A model generated the notes under the pieces. The model saw nothing but the letters and a program-made list of their open reading frames with translations. It made no database searches and had not been told where the DNA came from. Made by a program: the position numbers and the translations under genes. A DNA stretch of 64,000 bases from Bacteroidaceae bacterium (lineage in GTDB: Bacteria; Bacteroidota; Bacteroidia; Bacteroidales; Bacteroidaceae), in contig OY776497.1 in NCBI GenBank assembly GCA_963675625.1, forward strand, positions 2,636,409 through 2,700,408, given 5' to 3'. Of this stretch, positions 37,940 to 48,569 are shown in pieces; position 1 is the first letter of the stretch; each line of letters opens with the position of its first letter.

Positions 37940-38758
37940 TTATTGTTTATTATGTGTAGTTTGAGAAGCGATAATCGCCTCTGTCACCAATTTGTATATT
38001 TCTTGATAATGCGGAAAATCCTTCAACATGGCATGCTGCTTTTGTATCACATCGTAATCCAAACGCTTTGCAGGCCCCGTTTGTGCATCTACAGGAGATA
38101 AATCATGCACCTTGGCCGCTGTATTGTCCACCAAGGGCAACATGACCTCAAAAGGTAAGTCAAACTTCCTGAGTATTTCCTCTGCACAAACATACATCTG
38201 GTTACTGAAATTATTGATAAAGACAGCCGCAAGATGCATTGCTTGGCGCTGCTCACTATTGGCCTTATACGCATGACAAGTGATTGCTTGTGCCAAAGTA
38301 TATAGCATGGCTTCATCTTGTGCTTGTGCCGCCTCTACAAATATAGGTGCATCCTGCAAAGAGATCACTTGCGCCTTACTGACCGATTGCATTGGATAGA
38401 ACACCCCAATACGCGCTGTTGTATTGCCAAAAACACTCATATTCACTGTCCCAGCCGTGTGTACCCACAATTTGTTGGGCACAAGCGATGGAAGCGTAGG
38501 ACCTAGGTCCAACAAAGCATTATCAGTCAGTGCCACGATATACACGTCGGCATCTTTATTTAAGCTGTCTAGACTATCTGTTGCATCACAACCTAGTTGC
38601 TCAGCCAGACACGAAGCCGATGCCATCGTACGGCTATACACCTGCACAACAGCGCAGTGTGCTTCTCGTAATGCACAACCCAGATTGGTCGCCATATTGC
38701 CAGCTCCTAAGAGCACCACACGTACATTCTTTGCCTCAGCAGCCATAGATACCTCCAT
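37940..38758 (-). CDS. Rossmann-fold / DUF2520-like oxidoreductase-like protein
   Basis: N-terminal [14 protein letters not shown] dinucleotide fold, with a C-terminal region resembling DUF2520. Confidence 0.65.
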   Translation of the reverse strand: MEVSMAAEAKNVRVVLLGAGNMATNLGCALREAHCAVVQVYSRTMASASCLAEQLGCDATDSLDSLNKDADVYIVALTDNALLDLGPTLPSLVPNKLWVHTAGTVNMSVFGNTTARIGVFYPMQSVSKAQVISLQDAPIFVEAAQAQDEAMLYTLAQAITCHAYKANSEQRQAMHLAAVFINNFSNQMYVCAEEILRKFDLPFEVMLPLVDNTAAKVHDLSPVDAQTGPAKRLDYDVIQKQHAMLKDFPHYQEIYKLVTEAIIASQTTHNKQ

Positions 38759-39490
38759 TTATTCAGGATTTCCTAGTTGCTCCAGTGGAGTACCATCTAG
38801 ACTTATTTTATTATCAATCACTTCACCCGAAGACTTGACTTCTAGCGCTGTTGACTCCCACAATGTAGGATCGAAAGATTCGCTGACAGTAGGATCAATG
38901 CCTGGTGTCGTTTCCCCTCCTTCCGTTTTGTCTTGTAGTACAGCATCACTAGGATCAATCTCAGGATATTCGTTGAGGGCGATTTTCTCCCAAGGCAATT
39001 TGGTCATATTATGAGCAGGATACTCTTTGGCCGCATGTCCCACAGTAATGATACATGCTACTTGCAATTGCAATGGAATATTCAACACCTCATGCAGGTA
39101 TTCTCCAGCCGTCATACCCGGTCCAGCGAAACGCTCACGCACCTGTACCCAGCAACTGCCCAACCCTAAGGCCGCAGCCTGCAGTTGGATATAACTGGCT
39201 GCTACACTCGCATCCTCTATCCACACATCGCTGGACAAAGGATCGGCTAGTACGACGATAGCCAATGGGGTGCGATCGACAAAGCTTGCGCCTTTTTCCT
39301 TGCACTTCGCAATCTTGGCCAGCTTTTCTTTATCATCCACAGCCAGAAATTGCCAAGACTGGCTATTCTTACTAGTAGGAGCCAATAAGCCCGCTTGCAA
39401 AAGAGTAACCACTTCTTCTTGCGTCAGTTGTTCCTCCGTATATCGACGGCATGAGCGTCTATTGATTAGTAATGATTCAAATGATGTCAT
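38759..39490 (-). CDS. Nitroreductase-family protein with ~70-aa acidic C-terminal tail
   Basis: RRSCRRYT ... PTSKNSQSWQF nitroreductase core. Its stop directly abuts the next ATG. Confidence 0.8.
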   Translation of the reverse strand: MTSFESLLINRRSCRRYTEEQLTQEEVVTLLQAGLLAPTSKNSQSWQFLAVDDKEKLAKIAKCKEKGASFVDRTPLAIVVLADPLSSDVWIEDASVAASYIQLQAAALGLGSCWVQVRERFAGPGMTAGEYLHEVLNIPLQLQVACIITVGHAAKEYPAHNMTKLPWEKIALNEYPEIDPSDAVLQDKTEGGETTPGIDPTVSESFDPTLWESTALEVKSSGEVIDNKISLDGTPLEQLGNPE

Positions 39491-39559
39491 CTTAATATCG
39501 GTATAAAATAAATGTATAGGAAGATGCTAGGACATATCCCCACATCTATATAACAGCTT

Positions 39560-39567
39560 CAAAGATA
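39560..39567 (-). promoter_or_regulatory. Bacteroidota -7 box (TATCTTTG on coding strand)
   Basis: CAAAGATA on the + strand, 70 nt upstream of the ATG at 39490 and just past the rnf terminator. Confidence 0.4.
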
Positions 39568-39588
39568 CGACATATTTTGATTCTATAC

Positions 39589-39623
39589 AAAAAAACTCCC
39601 TGACCATTGTATTGGTCAGGGAG
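39589..39623 (-). terminator. Rho-independent terminator of the rnf operon
   Basis: 11-bp stem ctccctgacca / tggtcagggag with a 6-nt loop. The A7 run on the + strand gives U7 on the minus transcript. Confidence 0.8.
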
Positions 39624-39651
39624 TCGGTACTGTCGATAGACAGTTTATAAT

Positions 39652-40335
39652 TTACGCTTTAAATACATAAGTAGCAGTGGTTGTTACTTCCGCTTGTATT
39701 TTAGCTTGTTCGTCAATCACCTTGACTTTTTCCTCTTTAGCCTTGTTGGCTTTCTCCATAGATTGTGTAATCCCAGAGAATCCCATAAATGCCATAGCCA
39801 ACATACCTGCCACGATTAGTGCGATAGGTGTACCCTTCATAGACTTAGGTAGGTCACTGAATTCCAACTGCTCACGAAGACCAGCAAAAAGGATTAAAGC
39901 CAAACCAAAACCTAGGGCAGTACTAAAGGCAAAAACAACTCCTTCGAGTAGGGCATAATCTTTTTGGATCACCAAGATAGCTACCCCAAGGATAGCACAG
40001 TTTGTTGTGATCAAAGGAAGAAACACCCCAAGTGCTTGGTACAATGCAGGAGATACCTTCTTCAAGATAATTTCCACCAATTGCACCAACGAAGCAATTA
40101 CAAGAATAAACGTAATTGTTTGCAGGTATTGTAGATTATTTGGATCCAACACCAAGTGTTGCAACAACCAAGTGACAATGGTAGCGATCGTCAATACAAA
40201 AGCAACAGCCATACTCATTCCAATCGCCGTTTCAATCTTCTTCGAGACTCCCAAGAAAGGGCAGATACCCAAGAACTGTGACAACACGATATTATTGACA
40301 AATATCGCACCGATAAATATTATTAGATATTCCAT
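39652..40335 (-). CDS. rnfA: Rnf electron-transport complex subunit A (with ~35-aa C-terminal extension)
   Basis: RnfA/NqrE-like 6-TM sequence. Last gene of the rnfBCDGEA order. Confidence 0.92.
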   Translation of the reverse strand: MEYLIIFIGAIFVNNIVLSQFLGICPFLGVSKKIETAIGMSMAVAFVLTIATIVTWLLQHLVLDPNNLQYLQTITFILVIASLVQLVEIILKKVSPALYQALGVFLPLITTNCAILGVAILVIQKDYALLEGVVFAFSTALGFGLALILFAGLREQLEFSDLPKSMKGTPIALIVAGMLAMAFMGFSGITQSMEKANKAKEEKVKVIDEQAKIQAEVTTTATYVFKA

Positions 40336-40354
40336 ATCAATTCGTTTTTATATT

Positions 40355-40945
40355 TTATCCTTTAGGAGTTAGACGATTCACAAGTGCAATAAGGTATCCC
40401 AACACGATAAACGCACCAGGTGCAAGCACAAATAGAAGCATACCATAATTGCTAGGCATGATAGCAAAATCAAAGATCTTACCAGTTCCTAAGAACTCAC
40501 GAGTAGCCCCAAGAATAGTCAAAGCAATCGTGAAACCGAGTCCCATACCCAGTCCATCAAAGAATGAAGGCACCACCTTATGCTTAGCAGCAAAAGCTTC
40601 CGCACGACCCAGTACGATACAGTTTACTACGATCAATGGAATAAACAATCCAAGCGATGCATACAATCCAGGAAGATACGCCTGCATCACCATCTGAAGC
40701 AAAGTCACAAAAGATGCAATTACAACGATAAAAGCAGGGATACGCACCATATCAGGGATAATACTTTTGATGCTTGATATTACCACATTACTACAGACAA
40801 GCACAAATAAAGTCGCTAGTCCCATACCAGCCCCGTTGATAGCCGAAGAAGTCGTCCCCAACGTTGGACACATACCAAGAAGAAGTACAAAAGTAGGGTT
40901 CTCCTTAACGATTCCGTTGATTAGAATTTGGAAATTATTTTTCAT
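40355..40945 (-). CDS. rnfE: Rnf complex subunit E
   Basis: RnfE/NqrD-like sequence (NPTFVLLLGMCPTLG). Confidence 0.92.
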   Translation of the reverse strand: MKNNFQILINGIVKENPTFVLLLGMCPTLGTTSSAINGAGMGLATLFVLVCSNVVISSIKSIIPDMVRIPAFIVVIASFVTLLQMVMQAYLPGLYASLGLFIPLIVVNCIVLGRAEAFAAKHKVVPSFFDGLGMGLGFTIALTILGATREFLGTGKIFDFAIMPSNYGMLLFVLAPGAFIVLGYLIALVNRLTPKG

Positions 40946-40953
40946 ACTTCGTA

Positions 40954-41589
40954 TTATTTCTGGTTTTTCTTAAAAGCCGTATACGCATTTCTCACTGCCA
41001 AAAGAAAAGCACGTGAAGTAATCGTTGACGCAGTGATTTCATCGATTTCACCACCATCTTTGTGTACGGTTAGATTATTTTTCTCTGGATTCTTACCTGT
41101 GATATCACTTTTACGTGGTGTAGAAGCCACAGTAAATCCAAAAATCTTTTCAATCAGAGTCGGTTTGGCAGCAACAGCAGGCTTAAACCAAAAACCAGCT
41201 TTTGATCCTAGTCCAGGAGTTTCATTGGTTTTCAAGATCGAGTACCCATTAATAGTACCGTCAGTAGTAAATCCTACAAGGATTTCCAAATCTCCACCAA
41301 ATCCATTTGTTTTACTCTTTACAGCCGCCCCTACAGACACACCACCTTTAGAAGCAGGATACACCACAAACTCCCCAGCAGGAGTTGTTACGTTTTGTGC
41401 TTCAGTAGATGGGTTATTATCAAATTCAGGAGCTACTTCCTTGATTGCTTCATTCAATGTTTTCGCTGCCGATTCAGCAATAGGCGCAGTGGTCAAATTA
41501 TTGACATAAGCCAGAATGGCAGTGGCCACGGCACAAACTAAAGTCAGTACCAGTAGCATATTCTTAAGAGATGATTCTAATTTCTTCAT
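40954..41589 (-). CDS. rnfG: Rnf complex subunit G (FMN-binding)
   Basis: N-terminal anchor and a C-terminal FMN-attachment region (ITASTITSRA). Confidence 0.9.
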   Translation of the reverse strand: MKKLESSLKNMLLVLTLVCAVATAILAYVNNLTTAPIAESAAKTLNEAIKEVAPEFDNNPSTEAQNVTTPAGEFVVYPASKGGVSVGAAVKSKTNGFGGDLEILVGFTTDGTINGYSILKTNETPGLGSKAGFWFKPAVAAKPTLIEKIFGFTVASTPRKSDITGKNPEKNNLTVHKDGGEIDEITASTITSRAFLLAVRNAYTAFKKNQK

Positions 41590-41616
41590 GTTATTCTACT
41601 TTTTAAGATTCCTCTC

Positions 41617-42606
41617 TTACTTAGCCTTAGCTACTACACCAAATCGACGAGGTTTGATGTACGTATTGATAAGTGGAACAAATGCATTCATAATTAATAT
41701 CGCAAACGACATACCTTCTGGATACGCTCCCCAGTTACGGATCACTACAGTCAACAGACCGATACCCACACCATATAGAAGCATACCTTGTTTCGACATT
41801 GGAGATGTCACATAGTCAGTCGCCATAAAGATAGCACCTAGCATCAAACCACCAGAACTCAACTGTACCAATGGAGACGCATAATGATCAGGATTGCCTA
41901 GATATAAAAGTCCAGTAAACACAAGCACAGTAGCCAAGATGCTCACAGGGATATGCCATGTGATAATCTTACGCCATAACATAAACGCCAAACCTACAAG
42001 AAGGGCTAGGGCAGATACCTCACCAAGTGATCCCGCACCAAGATTGTGGAATGAACCCACGAAAAGTTCAAAAGTAGAAGGCAATTTATCCAAACCAGCT
42101 CCCGAAGAGATCGCCTCCTTCATCAAGCTCAATGGCGTTGCCGCAGTTTGACCATCGATACCCATTTCCACTGGCCAAGTAGTCATCTGTACAGGGAAAG
42201 AAAGCAATAGGAACACACGGCCCATAATCGCTGGGTTAAACACGTTATTACCCAATCCCCCGAAAGACATCTTACCGACACCGATCGTAAAGATCGCACC
42301 GATAATAATGATCCAAGCTGGAAGATTTGATGGCACATTAAAAGCCAGAAGCAAACCAGTCAAGATAGCACTACCATCCGTGATAGTCAATCGACTGCGC
42401 TTCATCAGCCATTTATTAATCACAAACTCTGTAAGCACACAAGCCACTACAGAGGTCAGCAATACGCGCAACGCATCGAAGCCAAAGAAGACTACCGATA
42501 GGATCGTTGCTGGTGCCAATGCAATCAGGACACCATACATATTTTTCGCAATACTGTCTCCACTATGTACGTGAGGAGAGAGCGATACAACTAATTTCTT
42601 ACTCAT
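41617..42606 (-). CDS. rnfD: Rnf complex subunit D
   Basis: RnfD/NqrB-like polytopic sequence. The ATG at 42606 (MSKKLVVSLSPHVH) avoids overlap with rnfC. Confidence 0.9.
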   Translation of the reverse strand: MSKKLVVSLSPHVHSGDSIAKNMYGVLIALAPATILSVVFFGFDALRVLLTSVVACVLTEFVINKWLMKRSRLTITDGSAILTGLLLAFNVPSNLPAWIIIIGAIFTIGVGKMSFGGLGNNVFNPAIMGRVFLLLSFPVQMTTWPVEMGIDGQTAATPLSLMKEAISSGAGLDKLPSTFELFVGSFHNLGAGSLGEVSALALLVGLAFMLWRKIITWHIPVSILATVLVFTGLLYLGNPDHYASPLVQLSSGGLMLGAIFMATDYVTSPMSKQGMLLYGVGIGLLTVVIRNWGAYPEGMSFAILIMNAFVPLINTYIKPRRFGVVAKAK

Positions 42607-42634
42607 TGTTGTTATGGTAATAATGTTTAGGTTC

Positions 42635-43990
42635 TTATTTCTTATTTTCTGCCTCACGAGCAGCTGCTTGACGTGCACGGATCAAACCGCCAACTTTCAT
42701 CTTATTCAAACGACAGTAGTCCGTCAATGGGCGATTGGCTGGACAAACAAACGCACATGAACCACATTCGATACAGTCCATAGCATTTTCCTTTTCAGCA
42801 CGTTCCCAGTCTTGATTCATACCCACTGCCGTTAGCAGATATGGTTCCAATCCCATAGGACAAGCATCGACACACTTTCCACAACGAATACAATCCTGCA
42901 TTTCGCCACGTCTAGTTTCCTTCTCAGTCATGATCAAGATACCCGATGAACCTTTCACAGTAGCAATTTCAAGCGATGAAATCGCCTTACCCATCATAGG
43001 GCCCCCAGCGATTACCTTGCCAGCATCTTTTGGAAGGCCACCTGCCATATCCACCAGTTGCGACATCGGCGTACCGAAACGCGCCATAATATTTGAAGGG
43101 ATAGTTACCGACTTACCAGTAACCGATACAACACGTTCGATCAGCGGTTTATTTTTCATCACCGCTTGATACACCGCATAAGCCGTAGCCACATTCTGTA
43201 CCACCGCACCAGTTGTGATAGGCAATTTTCCGCTACCCACTTGTTTACCAAGTACAGCATCGATTAGCTGCTTTTCACCTCCCTGAGGATATTGCACCTT
43301 TAGAGGCACTACCGTCACACCAGGATAGCTTGCAGCCACCTTGGTCATCAACTCGATAGCATCAGGCTTATTATTTTCAATACCGATAAAACCTTTGTTG
43401 ACCTTCACCGCCTTCATCAGCAGATTGACACCTACTAGAATCTCTTCCGCATGTTCCAGCATCAATTGATGGTCGGCAGTAAGATACGGTTCACACTCCA
43501 CCGCATTGATAATCAAGCATTCTGCTTTTTCTCCAGGAGGAGGCATTAATTTGATGTGTGTTGGAAAACAAGCACCACCGAGTCCCACGATACCCTTATC
43601 TTTGACACACTCGATAATTTCCTCACTAGTAAGGCTTGTTTCCTTGACCAATTCTTCGCTACGATCGATATCCTCTAGCCACTCATCACCTTCAACCTTG
43701 ATGATGATACAAGGCTTAGCATAACCACTAGCATCTTGTATAGCATCAATTTTAGTCACTTTACCACTTACTGGCGCATGAATCGCCGCAGAGACAAATC
43801 CAGCAGGTTCTGCAATTTTTTGTCCCACTTTTACTTCATCACCACGTTGTACGATCGCCTTAGCCGGAGCACCGATATGCTGGCCAAGCATCACGACAGC
43901 TTCTGATGGAAGCGCAGCAGTCGTAATCTGCTGATGAGCCGAGAATTTATTTTCTTCGGGGTGAATTCCACCTATATTAAATGTCTTCAT
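42635..43990 (-). CDS. rnfC: Rnf complex subunit C
   Basis: Two 4Fe-4S motifs, CIRCGKCVDACP and CIECGSCAFVCP, plus an NADH/FMN-binding-like core. Confidence 0.93.
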   Translation of the reverse strand: MKTFNIGGIHPEENKFSAHQQITTAALPSEAVVMLGQHIGAPAKAIVQRGDEVKVGQKIAEPAGFVSAAIHAPVSGKVTKIDAIQDASGYAKPCIIIKVEGDEWLEDIDRSEELVKETSLTSEEIIECVKDKGIVGLGGACFPTHIKLMPPPGEKAECLIINAVECEPYLTADHQLMLEHAEEILVGVNLLMKAVKVNKGFIGIENNKPDAIELMTKVAASYPGVTVVPLKVQYPQGGEKQLIDAVLGKQVGSGKLPITTGAVVQNVATAYAVYQAVMKNKPLIERVVSVTGKSVTIPSNIMARFGTPMSQLVDMAGGLPKDAGKVIAGGPMMGKAISSLEIATVKGSSGILIMTEKETRRGEMQDCIRCGKCVDACPMGLEPYLLTAVGMNQDWERAEKENAMDCIECGSCAFVCPANRPLTDYCRLNKMKVGGLIRARQAAAREAENKK

Positions 43991-44006
43991 ATACTATTTA
44001 GGATGG

Positions 44007-44978
44007 TTAAGCATTAGATTCTGGTGTCTCTGAAGCTTCCGTCGCTTTGGGTGCTTCCGGAGCTTCTACAGTCTTAGGAGCCACAGGAGCCTTAGGCGCT
44101 TCTGTTGCAGCAGGTGTTTCAGCCTTAGTTACTACTGCCACCTTAGGCTTGCGAGCTGGGAAGTTCACTTCCACAATCGCGTGGGTAGGGCATACAGCTA
44201 CACATTTGCGACACAATTTACACTTTTCATAATCGATATACGCCACATTATTGACAAGCGTGATAGCACCGAATGGACATTCCTTGACACACTTACCGCA
44301 ACCGATACAACCGATATCACATGCTTTACGTGTTTTAGCTCCTTTATCTTGATTGACACAAGACACATACACTCGACGATTATTCTTGCCCTTATTGCGC
44401 AACTCGATGATGTTCTTTGGACAAGCCTCTACACAAGCACCACAAGCCGTACATTTATCCTCATCGACTTCAGGTAGACCTGTTTCAGGGTTCATATGAA
44501 TCGCATCAAATGTACATGCCGATACACAGTCACCACATCCAAGACATCCATAACTACAATCTGTTTCACCACCATAGGTTACCGCAGCAATGGCACAAGT
44601 CATCATCCCATCGTATTGCGAAGTGCGAGGACGGTGGTCACAAGACCCCTGGCATCGCACGACAGCCACCTTAGGAGTTGCTTCTTGCGCTTCCAATCCC
44701 ATGATACTAGCCACATCGGTCATGACCGGTTGGCCACCCACTGGACAATATAAACCATCAAGACTTTCGGCTCCCGCACATGCAGCAGCAAACCCACTAC
44801 ATCCAGGATAACCACAACCACCACAATTGGCTTGAGGTAACACCTCGTTGATTTCCGCAATACGCGGATCTTCATACACAGCAAAACGCTTACTAGCCAC
44901 GTATAAGATAGCCGCAGCTATCAGACCAATGGCAGCAATAGCGATCACTGCAATCATAATTCCACTCATAAGAATCAA
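44007..44978 (-). CDS. rnfB: Rnf complex subunit B, polyferredoxin type with Pro/Ala/Glu-rich tail
   Basis: N-terminal anchor, multiple CxxCxxCxxxCP clusters, and a C-terminal APKAPVAPKTVEAPEAPKATEASETPE tail. Confidence 0.9.
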   Translation of the reverse strand: MILMSGIMIAVIAIAAIGLIAAAILYVASKRFAVYEDPRIAEINEVLPQANCGGCGYPGCSGFAAACAGAESLDGLYCPVGGQPVMTDVASIMGLEAQEATPKVAVVRCQGSCDHRPRTSQYDGMMTCAIAAVTYGGETDCSYGCLGCGDCVSACTFDAIHMNPETGLPEVDEDKCTACGACVEACPKNIIELRNKGKNNRRVYVSCVNQDKGAKTRKACDIGCIGCGKCVKECPFGAITLVNNVAYIDYEKCKLCRKCVAVCPTHAIVEVNFPARKPKVAVVTKAETPAATEAPKAPVAPKTVEAPEAPKATEASETPESNA

Positions 44979-45037
44979 TCAGTTAATTTATAGGTCAATT
45001 TATTATTGTTTTTCACAGCAACGTTTGTCTTATTCCG

Positions 45038-45472
45038 CTATTCAGCTTCAATATGAAAGGCAAACTCTTTTTTAAGCATAAGCTTAAATCGCGATAATAT
45101 CAGATAATATACCGCCGTAGCACCCAGTGCCCATCCAGAACCTCTTACTTCCGTCATATGAAGTCCAGCGATGCACAAAAAGAGCACGCCCACCAACACC
45201 ACAAAAGGCATGATAAAAGCTAAAAGCACCGCTTTTAGCCCCAATTGCGTACTCCCTATAATTTGTACACGATCGCCCACATGCCATTGGCCAGAGTGAT
45301 CTATAATATCTATTTCGTGTTCTTTGCTTTCTGCACTATTGCACATGCCTTTAGCACTGCAAGACGCACACCCAGTAGTCTGTAGTATACGCACTATAAT
45401 ATGGGCTCCATCAATAGATTTGATGACCCCCGAATGTGAAATATTTTCTGCCATAATCATCTTAATTTGCAA
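45038..45472 (-). CDS. RseC/SoxR-reducing-system family membrane protein
   Basis: N-terminal CASCSAKGMC motif, two C-terminal TMs, and the usual position upstream of rnfB. The start may be 45454. Confidence 0.75.
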   Translation of the reverse strand: MQIKMIMAENISHSGVIKSIDGAHIIVRILQTTGCASCSAKGMCNSAESKEHEIDIIDHSGQWHVGDRVQIIGSTQLGLKAVLLAFIMPFVVLVGVLFLCIAGLHMTEVRGSGWALGATAVYYLILSRFKLMLKKEFAFHIEAE

Positions 45473-45492
45473 AGTCGAGTTTACAAACAGCG

Positions 45493-45500
45493 CAAATGTA
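45493..45500 (-). promoter_or_regulatory. Bacteroidota -7 box (TACATTTG on coding strand)
   Basis: CAAATGTA on the + strand, 21 nt upstream of the ATG at 45472. Confidence 0.4.
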
Positions 45501-45635
45501 GTAACTTATTAGCATTTCAGCAAAAGGAAGCGCCCTTTTTTTCAAGAATAATTTCAAATGAATCGAATAGACGAAATCTTGACAAATCCATCTGTCCTTA
45601 ATACGTGAATAATAGTAAATAAAATTCGTTGTAAT

Positions 45636-45673
45636 GCAAAAAAAGTGTGCCCCCATTCACCATGAGAGCACAC
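45636..45673 (-). terminator. Terminator after rlmD
   Basis: On the minus transcript, an 8-bp stem GUGUGCUC / GGGCACAC followed by U7. Confidence 0.55.
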
Positions 45674-45693
45674 CCTATATTATCAGTCTACGA

Positions 45694-47172
45694 CTAATCT
45701 TCTTTTTCTTCTTCGGTAGCTGCTTCTTCCACCACCTCCTTAATCAACGGTTCAGGACGTTTCTCAAGCAAGACCACATTTTCTACATGATGCGTATGTG
45801 GGAACATATCCACCGGCTGCACCTTGGCCACGCGATACATATCATCAAGCAATTGTAAGTCGCGTGCTTGCGTAGCTGGATTGCAACTCACATACACAAT
45901 GCGAGTAGGGGCTGCAAAACGCAACACATCAATCACATCTTGATGCATACCAGCTCGTGGAGGATCCGTAATAATGACATCAGGACGACCATGTTCGGCA
46001 ATAAATTCCGTCGTCAACATATCCTTCATATCCCCAGCGTAGAACTTTGTATTGTCCAATTTATTGAGCTCTGCATTTACCTTAGCATCCTCAATAGCCT
46101 CAGGCACATACTCTATACCGATCACCTCGCGGCATTGGCGTGCCACAAAATTGGCAATGGTACCCGTTCCAGTGTACAAATCATACACCAATTCCTGACC
46201 CGTAAGTCCAGCGAAATTACGCGCCACCTTATACAACTCATATGCTTGCTCCGAGTTCGTTTGATAGAACGACTTTGGTCCGATTTTGAAGCGAAGTCCC
46301 TCCATTTCCTCAAACATATGATCCTTTCCACTGAATGTCTCAATATCAAGATCACCGATTGTATCATTCTTCTTATTGTTGATCACATACAACAACGATG
46401 TAATCTGAGGGAATGTCTCATCGATATAAGCTAGCAGATCCATCATCTGTTGACGTTCTTCCTCCTCGTGCACCTGACAAGCCAAGATAACCATCAACTC
46501 ACCCGTTGAACTCGTACGCACGATAATATTGCGCAGCAATCCCACCTGTTGACGGATATCATAAAATGACAAACCATGTTCATGTGCATACTGACGAATG
46601 CCATTGCGCAACGCATTATTGATATCATCTTGAAGATGACATTCCGTAATATCCAGCACCTTGTCAAAGGCCCCTGAGATATGAAATCCCAGACCATCCA
46701 TCACGTCATACTGCACATTCTCCTTGATCTCCTGTTCCGTAAGCCAACGCTTATTGCTGAACGTAAATTCCAGTTTATTGCGATAACATTGCGTTTTCGC
46801 ACTTCCTAGAATAGGAGAGACCTCAGGAAGTTCCACCTTGCCCAATCGAGTCAAGTTGTCCACCACCTGCTGTTGCTTATACGCAATCTGCTTGTCATAT
46901 GGAAGTATCTGCCATTTACAGCCTCCGCACACACCAAAGTGCTTACAGAACGGCTCCACGCGATCTGGACTATACGAATGAAATTTGACAGCAACCGCCT
47001 CTGCGTGCTTTTTCTTTTTTCTTTTTATTTGTAGGTCGACCACATCACCTGGTACCACAAAAGGAACAAATACCACCATATCGTCTACACGCACCAGCGA
47101 TTTACCTTCAGCCGCCACATCCGTAATGGTAATATTTTCCAGTAAAGGAAGAGGTTTGTTTTTTCTTGCCAT
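45694..47172 (-). CDS. rlmD: 23S rRNA (uracil-5-)-methyltransferase RlmD/RumA family
   Basis: TRAM N-domain, Fe-S Cys cluster CKHFGVCGGCKWQ, SAM motif DLYTGTGTI, catalytic VSCNPAT. Acidic C-terminal tail. Confidence 0.88.
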   Translation of the reverse strand: MARKNKPLPLLENITITDVAAEGKSLVRVDDMVVFVPFVVPGDVVDLQIKRKKKKHAEAVAVKFHSYSPDRVEPFCKHFGVCGGCKWQILPYDKQIAYKQQQVVDNLTRLGKVELPEVSPILGSAKTQCYRNKLEFTFSNKRWLTEQEIKENVQYDVMDGLGFHISGAFDKVLDITECHLQDDINNALRNGIRQYAHEHGLSFYDIRQQVGLLRNIIVRTSSTGELMVILACQVHEEEERQQMMDLLAYIDETFPQITSLLYVINNKKNDTIGDLDIETFSGKDHMFEEMEGLRFKIGPKSFYQTNSEQAYELYKVARNFAGLTGQELVYDLYTGTGTIANFVARQCREVIGIEYVPEAIEDAKVNAELNKLDNTKFYAGDMKDMLTTEFIAEHGRPDVIITDPPRAGMHQDVIDVLRFAAPTRIVYVSCNPATQARDLQLLDDMYRVAKVQPVDMFPHTHHVENVVLLEKRPEPLIKEVVEEAATEEEKED

Positions 47173-47199
47173 TGTTTATTTAATCAATTGAATCACCCT

Positions 47200-48522
47200 C
47201 TAAAAGAAGGCCTTTATAATATCATTTAAGTTTGCATAAATCATCAGCGCAAAGAGTAGGAAGATACCCGCCATCGTAGCCCATTCCATAAACTTATCGC
47301 TTGGTTTGCGTCTCGTTATCATTTCATACAGCAAGAACAATACATGCCCACCGTCCAATGCTGGAATAGGCAGAATATTCATAAAACCGAGAATGATACT
47401 GATAAACGCCGTCATCTTCCAGAACAAAAACCAGTCCCAAGTAGGAGGGAAGATCTTGGCAATCGTACCAAATCCACCGACACTCTTCGCACCCTTTTCT
47501 GTAAACAGATAGCGCAAATCGCTCACATAGCCCTTCAGCGTATTCCAGCCCATGTCTATACCCGCACCCCAGCAGTTCAACACATTGTATCGTTGAGAAT
47601 CTACAGGTAGATAATCCGTAGCAGGCACACGGTAGATACCCAACATGAAAGGCTTCGCCAATTGCACGTCCGCCTCATGGCGTTCACCATCTTGCATAAA
47701 TGCGATAGTAGTCATACCCGTAGAGTCGGCCACCGCCAAGAGTTTTCTTAAGTCCGCATAGGCCGCCACATCGTGTCCGCCAAACCCTACAACCTCAGCA
47801 CCCTTCTTCATACCGATACTTTCCGCCAAACTACCCGGCATCACACTGTCCACCTTACAAGGATAGCGATAATCAGCAAAAGGCTGTTTATCCTCCATCA
47901 AGCTCAACATCCAATCCTTAGGGATATTGACAGCCACCTCTTGTCCATCACGAAGCACATATACCTTCTGTGCATTCACGATAGCTCTGAGAGATTCACT
48001 GTCATACTTGATCAACTTCTGATCATCGGCACGTAACAGCACATCGCCATCGTGAAAGCCGATAGATATAGCCGATTGGTTGAACGACATCCCCATTGAT
48101 ACCTGATCCAATGGCACATACTTTTCGCCCCATGTCAAAAGAATCATCGAGTAAATCACAAAAGCCGTGATGAAATTGACCAACACCCCGCCAATCATAA
48201 TCAATAGACGTTGCCATGCTGGCTTGCTGCGGAATTCCCAAGGCTCTGCAGGCTTAAGCATCTGCTCAGTATCCATCGATTCATCGATCATCCCAGCAAT
48301 CTTTACATACCCTCCAAGAGGCAGCCAACCGATCCCCCAGTCCGTATCACTACCTTTTGGTTTGCCGTGAATCAACGCAAACCAAGGGTCGAAGAACAAA
48401 CGGAATTTTTCAACGCGAACTTTAAATAATCGAGCAAAAACGAAGTGACCAAGCTCATGTAGCGTCACAAGAATAGTTAAGCAAAGCATCAGCTGCAATG
48501 CACGAATCAGGATAATGTCCAT
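47200..48522 (-). CDS. rseP: RIP site-2 zinc metalloprotease RseP
   Basis: HELGHF zinc motif, a PDZ-like middle region, and the C-terminal NILPIPALDGG. Confidence 0.92.
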   Translation of the reverse strand: MDIILIRALQLMLCLTILVTLHELGHFVFARLFKVRVEKFRLFFDPWFALIHGKPKGSDTDWGIGWLPLGGYVKIAGMIDESMDTEQMLKPAEPWEFRSKPAWQRLLIMIGGVLVNFITAFVIYSMILLTWGEKYVPLDQVSMGMSFNQSAISIGFHDGDVLLRADDQKLIKYDSESLRAIVNAQKVYVLRDGQEVAVNIPKDWMLSLMEDKQPFADYRYPCKVDSVMPGSLAESIGMKKGAEVVGFGGHDVAAYADLRKLLAVADSTGMTTIAFMQDGERHEADVQLAKPFMLGIYRVPATDYLPVDSQRYNVLNCWGAGIDMGWNTLKGYVSDLRYLFTEKGAKSVGGFGTIAKIFPPTWDWFLFWKMTAFISIILGFMNILPIPALDGGHVLFLLYEMITRRKPSDKFMEWATMAGIFLLFALMIYANLNDIIKAFF

Positions 48523-48569
48523 AGGGGCTATCTTTTTATTTTAAATTCTTATTCATTTATCTATACCTA

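Noticed and set aside
38424-39014. Long plus-strand ORFs antisense to the minus-strand housekeeping genes. Examples: 38424-39014, 40928-41509, 45868-46434, 48990-49496, 55687-56253, 57626-58240, 58421-59026 and many shorter ones.
   Set aside because: Each lies entirely inside a well-supported minus-strand gene. Their translations are low-complexity (R/H/P/S/T-rich) with no motifs. They are the expected by-product of G-ending codons on the opposite strand suppressing stop codons.
41617-42678. ORF-track N-terminal extensions. Examples: rnfD from 42678, M23 peptidase from 50654, cydB from 57633, GNAT from 60595, lipoproteins from 54057 and 55123.
   Set aside because: The extensions overlap the upstream gene or a -7 promoter box, often begin with TTG/GTG, and add non-conserved residues before a canonical N-terminus. 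Internal ATGs were chosen instead.
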